The notes under the pieces are model-generated. The model was given only the letters and a program-made list of their open reading frames with translations. It was not told the origin of the DNA and ran no database searches. Shown here piece after piece: positions 1 to 9,487 of a DNA stretch of 46,225 bases (position 1 is its first letter; every line of letters begins with the position of its first letter). Position numbers and translations under genes: made by a program. Origin of the DNA: Methanotrichaceae archaeon (GTDB lineage Archaea > Halobacteriota > Methanosarcinia > Methanotrichales > Methanotrichaceae); the NCBI GenBank assembly GCA_963754945.1, contig CAVWIG010000030.1, positions 1 to 46,225 of the forward strand. The letters run 5' to 3'.

Positions 1-1
1 T

Positions 2-1285
2 TGGAGGAAGGACTTCAAGGGCTATCCCGATCTGACCACCGGCCAGAGGGCTGTCGAGCGGCCTACATCCAAGGGATGCCCTGAGTATTTCATACCGCCG
101 ACGCCTGCCGAGATTGAGGCGGGCACCATCCCGAAGGAGAAGCCAAAATATCCATCCTTCAGAGAGCGGGAGGAGAAGGAGATCAAGTCCGACTCAGAGA
201 TGATCATGCACATGGGCCCCCAGCATGCCATGCTTCCGGGACCTTTTCTCCTGGACATCCTGGTAGAGGGAGAAAGGGTTCACAAGGCCTTCCTCGATAT
301 GGGCTACATCCACAAAGGCATCGAGAAGATCATGGAGAACAGGACCTGGCTCCAGGGGTTGACATATACCGACAGAATGTGCTATGTGGCCTCCCTTTCC
401 AACAACGAGTGCTATTGCGGGGCTATTGAGAGGATCCTGGGCCTGGAGGTTCCACTGAGGGCACAGTACATCCGGGTCATCCTTGAGGAGCTCTCTAGGA
501 TTCAGAGCCACCTGATAGGAACAGGCGAGTTCATGACCCTGATTGCAGGTGTCGGTTATGCTCCGTGGAACTTCATGATCATCGACAGGGAGAGCATCAT
601 CTCTCTGATAGAGAGTGTCACAGGAGCAAGGCTGACCCACACTTTCGTGCGCTTCGGCGGGGTCCGAAACGACCTCCCAGAAGGTTTCAGCGATAAGTGC
701 AGGAGCGCCCTCAAGTACATCGAGTCCAGGACCAAGGAGTACATCGAGCTCTTCGATCAGGACCCAATCTACCACATGAGGATGGAGAATATAGGCGTCC
801 TTTCCCCCGATACTGCAAAGCGCGTTGGCATATCGGGGCCACCGCTTCGGGCCGCTGGCGTTGCCTACGACATGAGGAAGGAGGACCCCATACTGGTCTA
901 CCCCGATCTGGACTTCAAGGTAGTAACCGGTACGAGGGGTGACTCTGCAGACAGGATCGATGTAAGGCTTCGAGAGATTCTGGAGAGCATCCACATCATA
1001 GAGCAGTGTCTGGACAGGATACCTGCCGGACCGATCAAGACGGAGACGAAGGTGCCAAAGAAGATCCCGGCAGGAGAGGCCTACTACAGGGTTGAGGACC
1101 CCCGGGGAGAGATGGGCATGTACGTGATCAGCGACGGTGGCGACAAGCCCTACCGGGTGAAGGTCCGTGGACCTGTCTACGCCACACTGCAGACGCTGCC
1201 TCCGCTTCTCGAAGGTGTCTACATAGCGGATGCTGTTGCCATTGCGGGCAGCATGGACGGCTGTCCATCCGAGGCGGACAGATAG
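2..1285 (+). CDS. fpoD: F420H2:phenazine oxidoreductase-like complex subunit D, apparently the 3' part of a fused FpoC-D gene (5' end outside window)
   Basis: NuoD motifs (HMGPQH, GYIHKGIEK, EELSRIQSHL, EDPRGEMG). The frame is open from base 2 and reads WRKDFKGYP..., matching the C-terminal NuoC (P)LRKDF motif. The NiFe CxxC pairs are incomplete (DRMCYV, DGCPSEADR), so this is not a hydrogenase large subunit. Confidence 0.9.
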   Translation, partial: WRKDFKGYPDLTTGQRAVERPTSKGCPEYFIPPTPAEIEAGTIPKEKPKYPSFREREEKEIKSDSEMIMHMGPQHAMLPGPFLLDILVEGERVHKAFLDMGYIHKGIEKIMENRTWLQGLTYTDRMCYVASLSNNECYCGAIERILGLEVPLRAQYIRVILEELSRIQSHLIGTGEFMTLIAGVGYAPWNFMIIDRESIISLIESVTGARLTHTFVRFGGVRNDLPEGFSDKCRSALKYIESRTKEYIELFDQDPIYHMRMENIGVLSPDTAKRVGISGPPLRAAGVAYDMRKEDPILVYPDLDFKVVTGTRGDSADRIDVRLREILESIHIIEQCLDRIPAGPIKTETKVPKKIPAGEAYYRVEDPRGEMGMYVISDGGDKPYRVKVRGPVYATLQTLPPLLEGVYIADAVAIAGSMDGCPSEADR

Positions 1286-1297
1286 GAGGGAGAGGAT

Positions 1298-2351
1298 TTG
1301 GACGGAATAATTGAAGCTATCAGTTCGTTTGCGTCTGCGGAGCCCGCGATCTATTATCTGATCATAGGCATCATAGGCGCGGTTGTGCTCTCTGCCGTCG
1401 TCAACATAGGGGCCATGTACGTGATCTGGCTAGAGGTTAAGCTGTTAGGAGATTTCTCTGCCAGGTACGGCCCCAACCGTGTGGGCGGCAGATGGGGTCT
1501 GCTTCAGATAGTCGCAGATGCGATCAAGCTCTTCACAAAAGAGGACAGCATCCCTGCCAACGCTGATAAGCCGGTCTATGTTTGGGCGCCTATCGTTGCC
1601 TCCATGGCCACAATGCTTGTCGCTGCTGCAATACCCTTCGGCGCTCTGTATTTCAACGGAAAGTACTACCCGCTGGTTGTAGCCAACATGGACATAAGCG
1701 CCTTCTACGTCGAGGCGGCTCTAAGCCTACTGGTCATTGCTGCCTTCATGGCAGGCTACAGCTCCAACAACAAGTACTCGCTTTTAGGGGCTTTCCGAGG
1801 CATCGCCAGGATGATCAGCTACGAAGTGCCGATGGGCGTTTGCGTCATCTCTGTGGCAATTATGGCCCACAGCCTGAACCTGGCAGAGATAGCCCAGAAC
1901 CAGACACTGTGGTACGCCTTTGCCCAGCCTCTGGGATTCGGTATCTTCATTGTAGCCCTCATAACTGACTTGGGAAGAATCCCCTTCGACCAGAGCGAGG
2001 CTGAAGAGGAGATCATCTGCGGTTATACGACAGAGTACGGCGGTATCAGGTGGGGCCTGATCCTCTTCCAGGAGTACAACAACATGCTTCTGGGCTCCAT
2101 TCTGCTGACATTTGCTCTTCCTGGGCGGATGGGCCGGACCCATAATACCGGTACCTGGTCTGAGCATCATCTCGCCTCTGATCTGGATGTTCATGAAGGT
2201 TGTAATAGTGCTGTGGTTCCTGATCTGGACCAGGAGTGCTCTGCTGAGGCTGAGGATAGACCAGGTAACAGACCTGGGATGGAAGGTACTGCTGCCCTTG
2301 TCAATTGTCAACCTGGCGTGGGCTGTAGTTGTAGGATCATACTTCGCATGA
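1298..2351 (+). CDS. fpoH: Fpo subunit H (NuoH), with a +1 frameshift at about 2111-2113 (probable sequencing error)
   Basis: RYGPNRVG, ADAIKLFTKED and RIPFDQSEAEEE motifs. Removing one T from ACA-TTT-G restores LLTLLFLGGW and joins ORF 2112..2351, which carries RLRIDQ..LGWK. Confidence 0.9.
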
Positions 2352-2363
2352 GGTGGCATTGAG

Positions 2364-2993
2364 ATGTTGAAGAGAAAGATGTTGAAGAACTGGGGCTGGC
2401 CCTTGAAGGTCGCAACCCGAGGGACCGAGGTCACCAGGCTCTATCCAGAGGTGATGATGGAGCTGCCTGCGGCTGAGCGCGGCATTCACGAGCTGGATGC
2501 CACCACATGCATTGGGTGTGCGTCCTGTGCAAGGATATGTCCAAACACCTGCATAGAGATGGTCACCTACAAGTTCGGAAGCCCCCTGAAGAACAAGAAG
2601 ATGCAGTATCCCCAGATAGACTACGGCAGGTGCATGTTCTGCGGTCTGTGTGTCGATGAGTGTCCTGCGGAGTGCCTGAAGATGGGAAAGAAAGTGACCA
2701 TGGCAGGCTGGGAGAGAGAGGACATCGTTCGGGGACCGGATAAGCTGGCGATCAAGAAGTTCACAGCGAAAGAGGCTGCTGAGCTTGCGGCCGAGGCCAA
2801 GAGGATCGCTGCGGAGAAAGCAGCTGCAGCGGCGGCCAAGAAGAAGGCCGCCGCAAAGGAAGGCGCTCCTGCCGAGGGTGGCGCGAAGAAGGTAGCCAAG
2901 AATGAAGGGGCCGAGGGCAAGCCGCTCAAGAAGGCGGTAGCCAAAGAGGGAGAGAACAAAGAGGCAAAGCTCACTGAGGGAGGTGCTTCTTGA
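2364..2993 (+). CDS. fpoI: Fpo subunit I (2x[4Fe-4S]) with Lys/Ala-rich C-terminal extension
   Basis: CIGCASCARICP and CMFCGLCVDECP motifs; operon position. Confidence 0.93.
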   Translation: MLKRKMLKNWGWPLKVATRGTEVTRLYPEVMMELPAAERGIHELDATTCIGCASCARICPNTCIEMVTYKFGSPLKNKKMQYPQIDYGRCMFCGLCVDECPAECLKMGKKVTMAGWEREDIVRGPDKLAIKKFTAKEAAELAAEAKRIAAEKAAAAAAKKKAAAKEGAPAEGGAKKVAKNEGAEGKPLKKAVAKEGENKEAKLTEGGAS

Positions 2994-3418
2994 TGGCGGA
3001 ATCCGAAAAGAACGTCATAAAGACCATCTTCGAGCTGATAGTCCTTTTATTCGCACTCGGAGTGATCTTTGGCGGCCTGGCGGCAATCGTGTTCTTATCG
3101 CCCTGGTCAAGGACGATCCTGAGCAAGTTGCTCGCTTACGATATCAGGTTCTTCATAGAGCTGTTCGTCTACTTCGCCATTGCTGCGGTAATTGTGCTGC
3201 TATCGGTTCTTACAGTCTACTCCAAGAACATCGTTCACAGCGCTCTGTATCTTCTGGGAACCTTTGCAGGCGTGGCTGCGCTGTACATATCCTTGAACGC
3301 TCCATTCCTCGGAGTTGCCCAGATTCTTGTTTACATCGGAGCTGTAGGAGTACTGATCCTGTTCGCAGTGATGCTCACGAGGAGATCTATCATGGAGGAA
3401 TCCCGTGGTGAAATATAA
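2993..3418 (+). CDS. fpoJ: Fpo subunit J, N-terminal half (J1)
   Basis: NIVHSALYL...AQILVYIGAVGVLILFAVML NuoJ signature; the ATG overlaps the fpoI TGA. Confidence 0.88.
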   Translation: MAESEKNVIKTIFELIVLLFALGVIFGGLAAIVFLSPWSRTILSKLLAYDIRFFIELFVYFAIAAVIVLLSVLTVYSKNIVHSALYLLGTFAGVAALYISLNAPFLGVAQILVYIGAVGVLILFAVMLTRRSIMEESRGEI

Positions 3419-3686
3419 AGTTGTAATCTTAACCCTGGCCTTCCTGGCTGCACTCTTCGCATCGCTCTCTGTTACCAACTGGGAGCAAGGGCAGGGCGAA
3501 AAACAGCCTTATTCCTATCAGCCCAGGGAGGGGACTAGGATGGCGGAGAGCGGCATAGGCAACATAGGGTTGCAGATCTTCACCACCTACTTTTTCCCCT
3601 TTGAAGTCCTGGCCCTGGTGCTAACCGCAGCGCTGGTTGGAGCGGTGTACGTCGCCAGAAAAGAAGCTGTTTCGGGAGGGAGTTAA
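3408..3686 (+). CDS. fpoJ2: Fpo subunit J, C-terminal half (J2)
   Basis: [28 protein letters not shown] matches the NuoJ C-terminal motif. Confidence 0.85.
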   Translation: MKYKVVILTLAFLAALFASLSVTNWEQGQGEKQPYSYQPREGTRMAESGIGNIGLQIFTTYFFPFEVLALVLTAALVGAVYVARKEAVSGGS

Positions 3687-3708
3687 AAATGAGGAGGGAG
3701 TTGCACTT

Positions 3709-4011
3709 ATGATACCGGTGGAGCTTTACATACTGCTTGCCTCCATCATGTTCACTATAGGCCTTTACGGCCTGGTGACCCAACGAAACGGTATCAAGCT
3801 GATGATGTGCATTGAGCTTCTGCTCAACAGCGCCAACATCAACCTGGTAGCCTTCTCCGCAAACCAGCCTAACGTTGACGGGCAGGTCTTTGCCCTGTTT
3901 TCCATTGCGCTGGCCGCTGCGGAGGCTGGAGTTGGGTTCGCCATACTGATCTCGCTGTACAGGCTGTATGGGACCATTGACCTTGACAACATAAACGCCC
4001 TGAGGTGGTGA
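3709..4011 (+). CDS. fpoK: Fpo subunit K
   Basis: IELLLNSAN...AAAEAGVG NuoK motifs; ATG at 3709 after GAGGAGG. Confidence 0.92.
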   Translation: MIPVELYILLASIMFTIGLYGLVTQRNGIKLMMCIELLLNSANINLVAFSANQPNVDGQVFALFSIALAAAEAGVGFAILISLYRLYGTIDLDNINALRW

Positions 4012-4013
4012 AG

Positions 4014-5975
4014 ATGTACGCCGATTATGCTTACCTGATTGTAGCAATGCCAGTTCTGGCATTCGTGCTGTGCATCTTCTTCGGATGGCACCTGCCCAAG
4101 GGCGGAGGATTCTTCACTGTCCTCGCCACCTTCGGCGGCCTGATACTGTCTCTCGGAATCTTCAAGGAGATCTACCCGGGCGAGATAGTACACCAGTCAA
4201 TGCCGTGGTTTGCCAATTTCAACGTGGGAATTCTGATAGATCCACTGGCAATAGTGATGCTTCTGATGGTCACTTTCGTGGTCACTCTGATCCACACCTA
4301 TGCCCTGGGGTACATGGACGGCGATCCAGGCGCAGCACGTTACTTCGCTGAGGCTGCCCTTTTCACGGCGGCCATGCTTGGGTTGATCTACTCAGACAAC
4401 CTGCTTCAGCTCTTCATATTCTGGGAGCTTGTAGGTCTATGCTCGTTCCTTCTCATCGGGTTCTGGTACAGGAAGCCCTCGGCTGCAGCAGCGGCCAAGA
4501 AGGCTTTCCTGACGACGCGTGTAGGAGACGTTCTGTTCCTGGCGGCATTAGTTCTGCTGTACAACAACCTGGCCAGCCTGAACCTGACATTGAAACCGGG
4601 CGAGTACCTGCTCCAGTTTCCAGTGATCTACGCACACATTGCCCAGATCCCGCCCACTCAGCTAACTTTCATAGCGTTGTGTCTGCTGGGTGGTGCCGTT
4701 GGTAAGTCAGGTCAGTTCCCCCTGCACGTCTGGCTTCCAGACGCCATGGAAGGGCCAACAACCGTCTCGGCCATGATCCATGCGGCGACGATGGTTACAG
4801 CAGGTGTCTACCTGGTTGCCAGAATGTTCCCGCTCTTCTATGCAGCCCCTAACGCACTGACGGTAGTGGCCCTCATAGGAGCTTTCACGGGACTGTTCGC
4901 AGCCACAATGGGACTGACAGCCTTCGATATCAAGAGGGTCCTGGCATTCTCGACAGTTTCTCAGCTCGGTTTCATGATGGCCGGACTGGGAGCCGGGGCG
5001 GCAGTAGGGGTCGCAGCCGTGGGAGTTTCAATCTTCCACCTGATAGGCCACTCATTCTTCAAGGCCCTGCTCTTCCTCTGCTGTGGATCGGTGATCCACG
5101 CAGTTGGGACGAACGATATGCGAGAGATGGGCGGCGTTGGCAAGTACATGAAGTGGACTGCCTACACGATGCTGATAGGCTCGCTCTCTCTGGCTGGGTT
5201 CCCCTTGTTCACTGGATTCTTCAGCAAGGACGAGATCATCAAGATAGCCTATGAGTACGGAGTCCAGATCAACTACCTGCCTTACCTCATGCTGATCTGT
5301 GCGGCCACACTGACCGCCATCTACACCTTCAGGCTATGGTTCGTCGCTTTCACTGGCGAGCCAAGATCCGACTACCATAAGCATGAGTCTCCGTGGATAA
5401 TGATCGGTCCGCTTGTGCTCCTAGCGGTGTTCGCCCTGGGGTTCGGATTCTTTGCCCAGAGCGGGTTCTACAGTTACCTGGACACTAACTTCGAGCACTA
5501 CGGTGTCGACTTCCACCAACTGGGTATCATAGGAGGCCACATATCAGAGGCCGGAGCAACCGAGGGAGAAGGCGCGGGCGAGCCGTTCATCGTCAAGATA
5601 CTGCCCTACATAATCGCTATAGGCGGAATACTTGTGGCGATGTTGTTCTACTATTGGCGTAAGCTCGACCCAGGCCTGGTGACATCGGAGAGGGATCCGA
5701 TACGAAGGCTCCTGCTGAAGGGTTACTATCAGCATGAGATCTTCACCGCCTGGTTCGCTGAAACGGTGGTCTACGGCGTTGCCATTCTCTTCAACTTGAT
5801 CGACATAAAGATCGTGGACGGCGTCTTGAACAAGATCAGCGAGGTAACCGTTGGATTCGGAGGAAACCTGAGAAAGGTCCAGACGGGAGTGGTACAGAAC
5901 TACATCACTGCCATAGTACTCGGAATAGTGGTACTCGTGATAGTGATTGAGATTGGGATGAAGGTGGGATTATGA
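4014..5975 (+). CDS. fpoL: Fpo subunit L (antiporter-like)
   Basis: FIFWELVGLCSFLLIGFW and GKSGQFPLHVWLPDAMEGPTTVSAMIHAATMV motifs. Confidence 0.95.
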   Translation: MYADYAYLIVAMPVLAFVLCIFFGWHLPKGGGFFTVLATFGGLILSLGIFKEIYPGEIVHQSMPWFANFNVGILIDPLAIVMLLMVTFVVTLIHTYALGYMDGDPGAARYFAEAALFTAAMLGLIYSDNLLQLFIFWELVGLCSFLLIGFWYRKPSAAAAAKKAFLTTRVGDVLFLAALVLLYNNLASLNLTLKPGEYLLQFPVIYAHIAQIPPTQLTFIALCLLGGAVGKSGQFPLHVWLPDAMEGPTTVSAMIHAATMVTAGVYLVARMFPLFYAAPNALTVVALIGAFTGLFAATMGLTAFDIKRVLAFSTVSQLGFMMAGLGAGAAVGVAAVGVSIFHLIGHSFFKALLFLCCGSVIHAVGTNDMREMGGVGKYMKWTAYTMLIGSLSLAGFPLFTGFFSKDEIIKIAYEYGVQINYLPYLMLICAATLTAIYTFRLWFVAFTGEPRSDYHKHESPWIMIGPLVLLAVFALGFGFFAQSGFYSYLDTNFEHYGVDFHQLGIIGGHISEAGATEGEGAGEPFIVKILPYIIAIGGILVAMLFYYWRKLDPGLVTSERDPIRRLLLKGYYQHEIFTAWFAETVVYGVAILFNLIDIKIVDGVLNKISEVTVGFGGNLRKVQTGVVQNYITAIVLGIVVLVIVIEIGMKVGL

Positions 5976-7474
5976 ACTACATATCTTTGATGATCGCCAT
6001 CCCACTGATCGGAGCGATTGTCTCGTTCTTTACAAGGTCTAGAGCCCAGGCGAGGATGGTTGCGCTGATCGCATCGCTGGTACCGCTGGCGATCTCTCTG
6101 CAGATGTACATGGGATTCGACAAGACATCCAAGTTTATGCAGTTCGTGGAGAGCTATACTTGGATTCCCTCCATCGGTGTGAAGTACACCGTCGGAGTGG
6201 ACGGCATTGGGCTTCCCCTGGTGCTGCTCTCAACAATAGTCTCCGTCCTGGTGATAATATACTCCTGGGGCGAGGACAAGAGACCCAACCAGTTCTTTGC
6301 ACTGCTCCTCTTGAACGAGGTCGGAGTGTTGGGGGTCTTTACAGCCCTGGACTTCTTCCTGTTCTACATCTTCTGGGAGATAGTGCTCATACCCATGTTC
6401 TTCCTGATCGGAGTGTGGGGGGGGCCTAGAAAGGACTATGCGGCCATAAAGTTCTTCATATACACCCACGTGGCGAGCCTTGTGATGCTCCTGGCGATCT
6501 TCGCCCTGTACTTCACATACAGGATGCCCGACGGGTCGAGGACCTTCGACATGCTGACTCTGTTGCAGGCAACAGCGGATCCGAAGATCTTCCCGCCTGG
6601 ACTCCTGAACATAATCTTTGCCGGGCTTCTGTTGGGGTTCCTTGTCAAGATGCCTGCGTTCCCCTTCCATACCTGGTTGCCTGACGCTCACGTCGAGGCG
6701 CCAACGGCAGGCTCGGTTGTTCTGGCAGCTCTGCTGCTGAAGATGGGCGGGTACGGTATATTCAGGGTGATTCTGCCCATCCTACCCCATGTGAACAAAA
6801 TCTTCGTGACAGTGATTGCCATAATAGCAGTCCTGAGCATAGTATACGGAGCGTTCTTGGCTCTCGCCCAAAAGGACCTCAAGAAGATGGTGGCTTACTC
6901 TTCAGTCAGCCACATGGGATTTGTGACTCTTGGGGCCGTGGCCTTCACCTGGATGTCCATCCAGGGCGCCATGTTCCAGCAGTTCTCTCACGGCCTGATA
7001 ACCTGTGTCCTGTTCATGTCAGCAGGAACCATCCAGCACACCGTGGGGACGCGGGTCATCGGCGACCTGGGTGGCTTGGCCGACAGGATGCCGAAGTTCG
7101 CCTTCCTGATGCTGGCCGGATTCCTGGCATCCCTGGGGTTGCCGGGAATGAGCGGTTTCGTGGCTGAGTTCATGGTGCTGACAGGATCCTACGCAACGCT
7201 GCCGGTATTCACCATGATAGTGGTGTTCACAAGCATTGCAGTCACTGCCGGTTACCACCTGTGGGCAACTCAGAAGGTCCTGTTTGGGCCCATCCTGAAG
7301 AAGTATATGCAGGTGCACGATGCCCATTCCTACGAGCTGTTCTCCATGAGCATGATAATACTGCTCGCAATACTCTTCGGAGTTCGGCCCAACCTCATAA
7401 CGGACATCATGGGAGTTGCCGCCTACCAGGTGATGGGTCCAGTTGTTACCCTGACCCAAATGGGGGTGATCTGA
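5972..7474 (+). CDS. fpoM: Fpo subunit M (antiporter-like)
   Basis: FYIFWE, PFHTWLPDAHVEAPTAGS and AYSSVSHMG motifs. Confidence 0.95.
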   Translation: MNYISLMIAIPLIGAIVSFFTRSRAQARMVALIASLVPLAISLQMYMGFDKTSKFMQFVESYTWIPSIGVKYTVGVDGIGLPLVLLSTIVSVLVIIYSWGEDKRPNQFFALLLLNEVGVLGVFTALDFFLFYIFWEIVLIPMFFLIGVWGGPRKDYAAIKFFIYTHVASLVMLLAIFALYFTYRMPDGSRTFDMLTLLQATADPKIFPPGLLNIIFAGLLLGFLVKMPAFPFHTWLPDAHVEAPTAGSVVLAALLLKMGGYGIFRVILPILPHVNKIFVTVIAIIAVLSIVYGAFLALAQKDLKKMVAYSSVSHMGFVTLGAVAFTWMSIQGAMFQQFSHGLITCVLFMSAGTIQHTVGTRVIGDLGGLADRMPKFAFLMLAGFLASLGLPGMSGFVAEFMVLTGSYATLPVFTMIVVFTSIAVTAGYHLWATQKVLFGPILKKYMQVHDAHSYELFSMSMIILLAILFGVRPNLITDIMGVAAYQVMGPVVTLTQMGVI

Positions 7475-8968
7475 GTGGATCTAGGATTCTATACACCATT
7501 AGGAGCCGAGGCTCTGCTTACGGCTCTGGCGGTGCTGGTTATTCTGCTCGGATCGCTCATGAAGAAGAGCGGCAACCTGATGGGTTACTTGAGCCTCGCG
7601 GGACTAGTGGTGTCTCTGGGATTGGTGGTAAGCACTGCGATGAGCACTAAGCTCGCACAGGTCTTCTTCTTCAACACCATATCTGTCGACGCCCTGTCCC
7701 AGTTCTTCAAGGCGGTCTTCCTCGTTGTCTCTGTACTGGTGGTGATCGCCTCTCTGTCCAGGTACAAGGATACCAAAGGAGCGGAAGAGTTCTATGCGCT
7801 GCTGCTTCTTGCAACCGTAGGAATGATGGTGGTTTCAAGCTCCATCGATCTGGTTACCCTGTTCGTCGGGTTCGAGCTGGCAAGCCTTTCCACTTATGCC
7901 CTGGCAGCGTTCGACAAGACGAAGAGGAACCTTGAGGCAGCCATGAAGTACTTCATCTTCGGGTCTGTCTCATCGGCTCTGATGCTCTTCGGCTTCTCGC
8001 TGCTCTACGGCATGACGGGAACAACGAAGATCGCAGGAATTGCATCCGCAGCCCTTGCCAACTTTGCGCCAGCAACTGTTGTGGCCCTGATCTTCGTGAT
8101 CGCAGGGTTTGCCTTCAAGATGGCATTGGTTCCCTTCCACATGTGGGCTCCCGACACCTACGAGGGCGCGCCCTCCCTGGTTTCAGGGATGCTTGCAGCA
8201 GGCTCCAAGAAGATGGGGTTTGCAGCAGCCTTCAGGGTGATATTCGTGGCCCTGATAGCCCTAAGACTGGAATGGTACCTGGCCTTTGCCATCCTGGCAG
8301 CTCTGACCATGACCCTGGGCAACGTTCTGGCCATCTGGCAGAACAACGTGCGGAGGATCTTCGCTTATTCAAGCGTTGCTCAGGCAGGATACATGGCCAT
8401 GACCTTTGTCGTCGTGGGTGCAGCGCTCGGTCAGCCTAACGGTGCGGTAATTGCTCAGAACAGCATAGCTGGAGGCTTGCTTCTGATCCTTGGTCATGCC
8501 CTGATGAAGATGGGAGCCTTCATTGCAGCCGCAGTCGTCGGCTACATGGTCTTAAAGGACGGAATGAAGGAGGGAACCGACCCGGACGACATATCGAACT
8601 ATGCCGGTTTAGGAAGACGAGCCCCTATAACGGCCTTCTGCCTGTTGATCTTCATGTTCGCCCTAGCCGGAATTCCGCCAACTGCAGGGTACATAGGCAA
8701 GTTCGTGCTCTTCGGCTCGGCCATCAACGCCGGGCTGGTCTGGCTTGCGGTACTGGCAATCCTCAACAGCGCTCTGTCGCTGTACTATTACCTGAGGATA
8801 ATCAGCTACATGTATCTGAAGGAGCCAGCGGGACCGAAGATCTCAGAGCCCAAGGGATACGCCGTTGCCCTGATCCTGACGTTGATCGGGGTCATCGGTA
8901 TTGGCGTCTACCCGCAGCCGTTCTATAACTGGGCTATGCAGGCAGCAGCAGTTCTGCTGCCTCACTAA
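7475..8968 (+). CDS. fpoN: Fpo subunit N (antiporter-like)
   Basis: EAAMKYF, FKMALVPFHMWAPDTYEGAP and AGIPPTAGYIGKF motifs; GTG start. Confidence 0.95.
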   Translation: MDLGFYTPLGAEALLTALAVLVILLGSLMKKSGNLMGYLSLAGLVVSLGLVVSTAMSTKLAQVFFFNTISVDALSQFFKAVFLVVSVLVVIASLSRYKDTKGAEEFYALLLLATVGMMVVSSSIDLVTLFVGFELASLSTYALAAFDKTKRNLEAAMKYFIFGSVSSALMLFGFSLLYGMTGTTKIAGIASAALANFAPATVVALIFVIAGFAFKMALVPFHMWAPDTYEGAPSLVSGMLAAGSKKMGFAAAFRVIFVALIALRLEWYLAFAILAALTMTLGNVLAIWQNNVRRIFAYSSVAQAGYMAMTFVVVGAALGQPNGAVIAQNSIAGGLLLILGHALMKMGAFIAAAVVGYMVLKDGMKEGTDPDDISNYAGLGRRAPITAFCLLIFMFALAGIPPTAGYIGKFVLFGSAINAGLVWLAVLAILNSALSLYYYLRIISYMYLKEPAGPKISEPKGYAVALILTLIGVIGIGVYPQPFYNWAMQAAAVLLPH

Positions 8969-8971
8969 ACC

Positions 8972-8978
8972 TTTTTTT
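8972..8978 (+). terminator. Oligo(T) archaeal terminator of the fpo operon
   Basis: T7 run 3 nt after the fpoN stop, followed by further T-rich tracts. Confidence 0.6.
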
Positions 8979-9439
8979 AGTTATGATCTTTTGATTGCTT
9001 TAAAAATTGAAGCCAAGCATTTCTTTTCTAGATTTCTCGTTCTATTGATTGATCTTGCTTTTCATGAAAGGTAACCCAGCTGCGCTAGGTTACAGATATC
9101 CAAAAAATTCTATGTCCGGCTGTCGTCCGCTTAACGTTTTTGTGGGGCTGCATAGTTTATTTATGGAGGATGTCTAATGAAGAATAGCCACACAGAGGGA
9201 AAATGGTATCCAAACATGCTTCGTTATAATGCCCATTGGAGATCAGGGCCCAACCGATCAAATCAGATATCTGCGATATTCTGGACTGACCTTGCTTCTC
9301 ATGAAGTTCTTCGGAGTGTCTAAGCGGTAAAAGAATCTATAACAATAAATAATATTAATATTATGTAGTAATTTTGATATCAAAATAGCTAGTTAGTTTA
9401 TTGGAATCCTCATCGTTAGACCCCTATGATTAACTTCCC

Positions 9440-9456
9440 AAAAGTTTTATATAAAA
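9440..9456 (+). promoter_or_regulatory. Putative BRE/TATA promoter of the 9488 gene
   Basis: AAAAGTTTTATATAAAA about 20 nt upstream of a GGAGGT SD-like motif (9476-9481). Confidence 0.5.
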
Positions 9457-9487
9457 TAAGAATTCTATTGGTTGTGGAGGTCTGGGC

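Noticed and set aside
200-1285. Group 4 [NiFe]-hydrogenase large subunit
   Set aside because: Both CxxC Ni-binding motifs are incomplete, and the gene order is that of fpo/nuo.
194-8439. Many antisense and alternative-frame ORFs over the fpo operon and other core genes
   Set aside because: They are shadows of GC-rich coding sequence, fully overlap well-supported genes and show no recognisable motifs.
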